Notes under the pieces: model-generated
Told to the model about the DNA's origin: nothing
The model's input: only the letters and a program-made list of their open reading frames with translations
The model's database searches: none
Source of the DNA: Eledone cirrhosa
Lineage: Eukaryota
NCBI GenBank assembly: GCA_964016885.1
Contig: OZ024742.1
Location: 368,714,001 to 368,778,000, forward strand
Direction of reading: 5' to 3'
DNA length: 64,000 nt
Program-made: the position numbers and the translations under genes
Shown: in pieces, positions 62,916-64,000 of the stretch
How the letters are laid out: each line of letters opens with the position of its first letter
Position numbering within the stretch: position 1 is the stretch's first letter

Positions 62916-64000
62916 TCTAATGAAAGACACTGTCTATGTCGTTAACCCTTTCATTACCATATTTCTAATGAAAGGCACTGTCTATGTCATTAACCCTTTC
63001 ATTATCATATTTCTAATGAAAGACACTGTCTATGTCATTAACCCTTTCATTATCATATTTCTAATGAAAGACACGGTCTATGTCATTAACTCTTTCATTG
63101 TAGAGTGGACGTGTAGGCGCCACGAAAAAGCACCCAGCACTCACTGTAAATGAGGTTGGTGTTAGGAAGGGCATCCAGCTGTAGAAATCAAGCCAAATCA
63201 GCTCCTGTATGAGCAAGGCAAGGTCAACCGACCAGACACTGCCCACAACAGGACAACCCGTCTAACCCATGCTAGCGGGGAAGAATGGACGTAAAACGGT
63301 GATGATGATGATAATGATAATTACCATATTTCGAATAAAAGACACTGTTTATGTCATTAACAATTTCAATACCATATTTCTAATGAAAGACACTGTCTAT
63401 GTCATTAACCCTTTCATCACCATATTTCTAATGGAAGACACTGTTTATGTCATTAACCCTTTCATTACCATATTTCGAATGAAAGACACTGTTTGTCATT
63501 AACCCTTTCATTACCATATTTCTAATGAAAGACACTGTCTATGCCATTAACCCATTCATTACCATATTTCTAATGAAAGACACTGTCTATGCCATTAACC
63601 CATTCATTACCATATTTCTAATGAAAGACACTTTTTATGTCATTAACCCTTTGATTAGCATATTTCTAATGAAAGTAACTGTCTATGTCATTAACCCTTT
63701 CATTACCATATTTCTAATGAAAGACACTATATCATTAACCCTTTCATTGCCATATTTCTAATGAAAGACACTGTCTATGTCATTAACCCTTTCATTACCA
63801 TATTTCTAATGAAAGACACTATGTCATTAACCCTTTCATTAGCATATTTCTAATGAAAGACACTGTTTATGTCATTAACCCTTTCATTACCATATTTCTA
63901 ATGAAAGACACTGTTTATGTCATTAACCCTTTCATTACCATATTTCTAATGAAAGACACTGTTTATGTCATTAACCCTTTCATTACCATATTTCTAATGA
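62916..64000. repeat. Second 48-bp satellite (Sat-B), continuing off the right edge
   Basis: Tandem TTAACCCTTTCATTACCATATTTCTAATGAAAGACACTGTCTATGTCA with some 44-bp variants. Confidence 0.98.
63099..63319 (+). mobile_element. RTE/SINE 3' tail inserted into Sat-B
   Basis: Matches 57126-57346 (GTAGAGTGGA...GGAAGGGCATCCAGCTG...GGACGTAAAACGGTGATGATG) and splits one monomer at TTCATT/ACCAT. Confidence 0.92.

Noticed and set aside
62920-63761. ORFs of (MKDTVYVINPFITIFL)n
   Set aside because: Translation of Sat-B, broken by 44-bp variants and a retro-insertion.

Overview
Eukaryotic, AT-rich, repeat-dominated DNA. The SINE, MITE and RTE motifs resemble coleoid cephalopod (octopus-like) repeats; this is recalled, not checked against a database. 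Bases 1-47314 are one satellite array of about 985 copies of a 48-bp monomer (TCTACCAATAAACAGATCCTACAAGACACCCTATTCCAATGTTCCAAG), with 40- and 49-bp variants arranged in multi-kb higher-order repeats (offsets 6540, 12516 and 14151/14103 bp). All long minus-strand ORFs there are artefacts of the repeat. Bases 47315-62915 are TE-rich and intron-like. They contain a decayed near-full-length RTE-clade LINE (54039-57346) set head-to-head with a truncated RTE, many RTE 3' tails and tRNA-derived SINEs beside (TA)n tracts, TTAA-type MITEs, foldback elements, a minimal hammerhead ribozyme motif, two minisatellites and a few candidate exons of a minus-strand gene. A second, different 48-bp satellite starts near 62916. 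Best leads: the second satellite matches a MITE end present in this window; the first may derive from a SINE core and keeps an invariant AATAAACA; SINEs and LINEs share and swap 3' tails; an inverted SINE pair flanks candidate exons. No new multi-gene system is demonstrable from the sequence alone.
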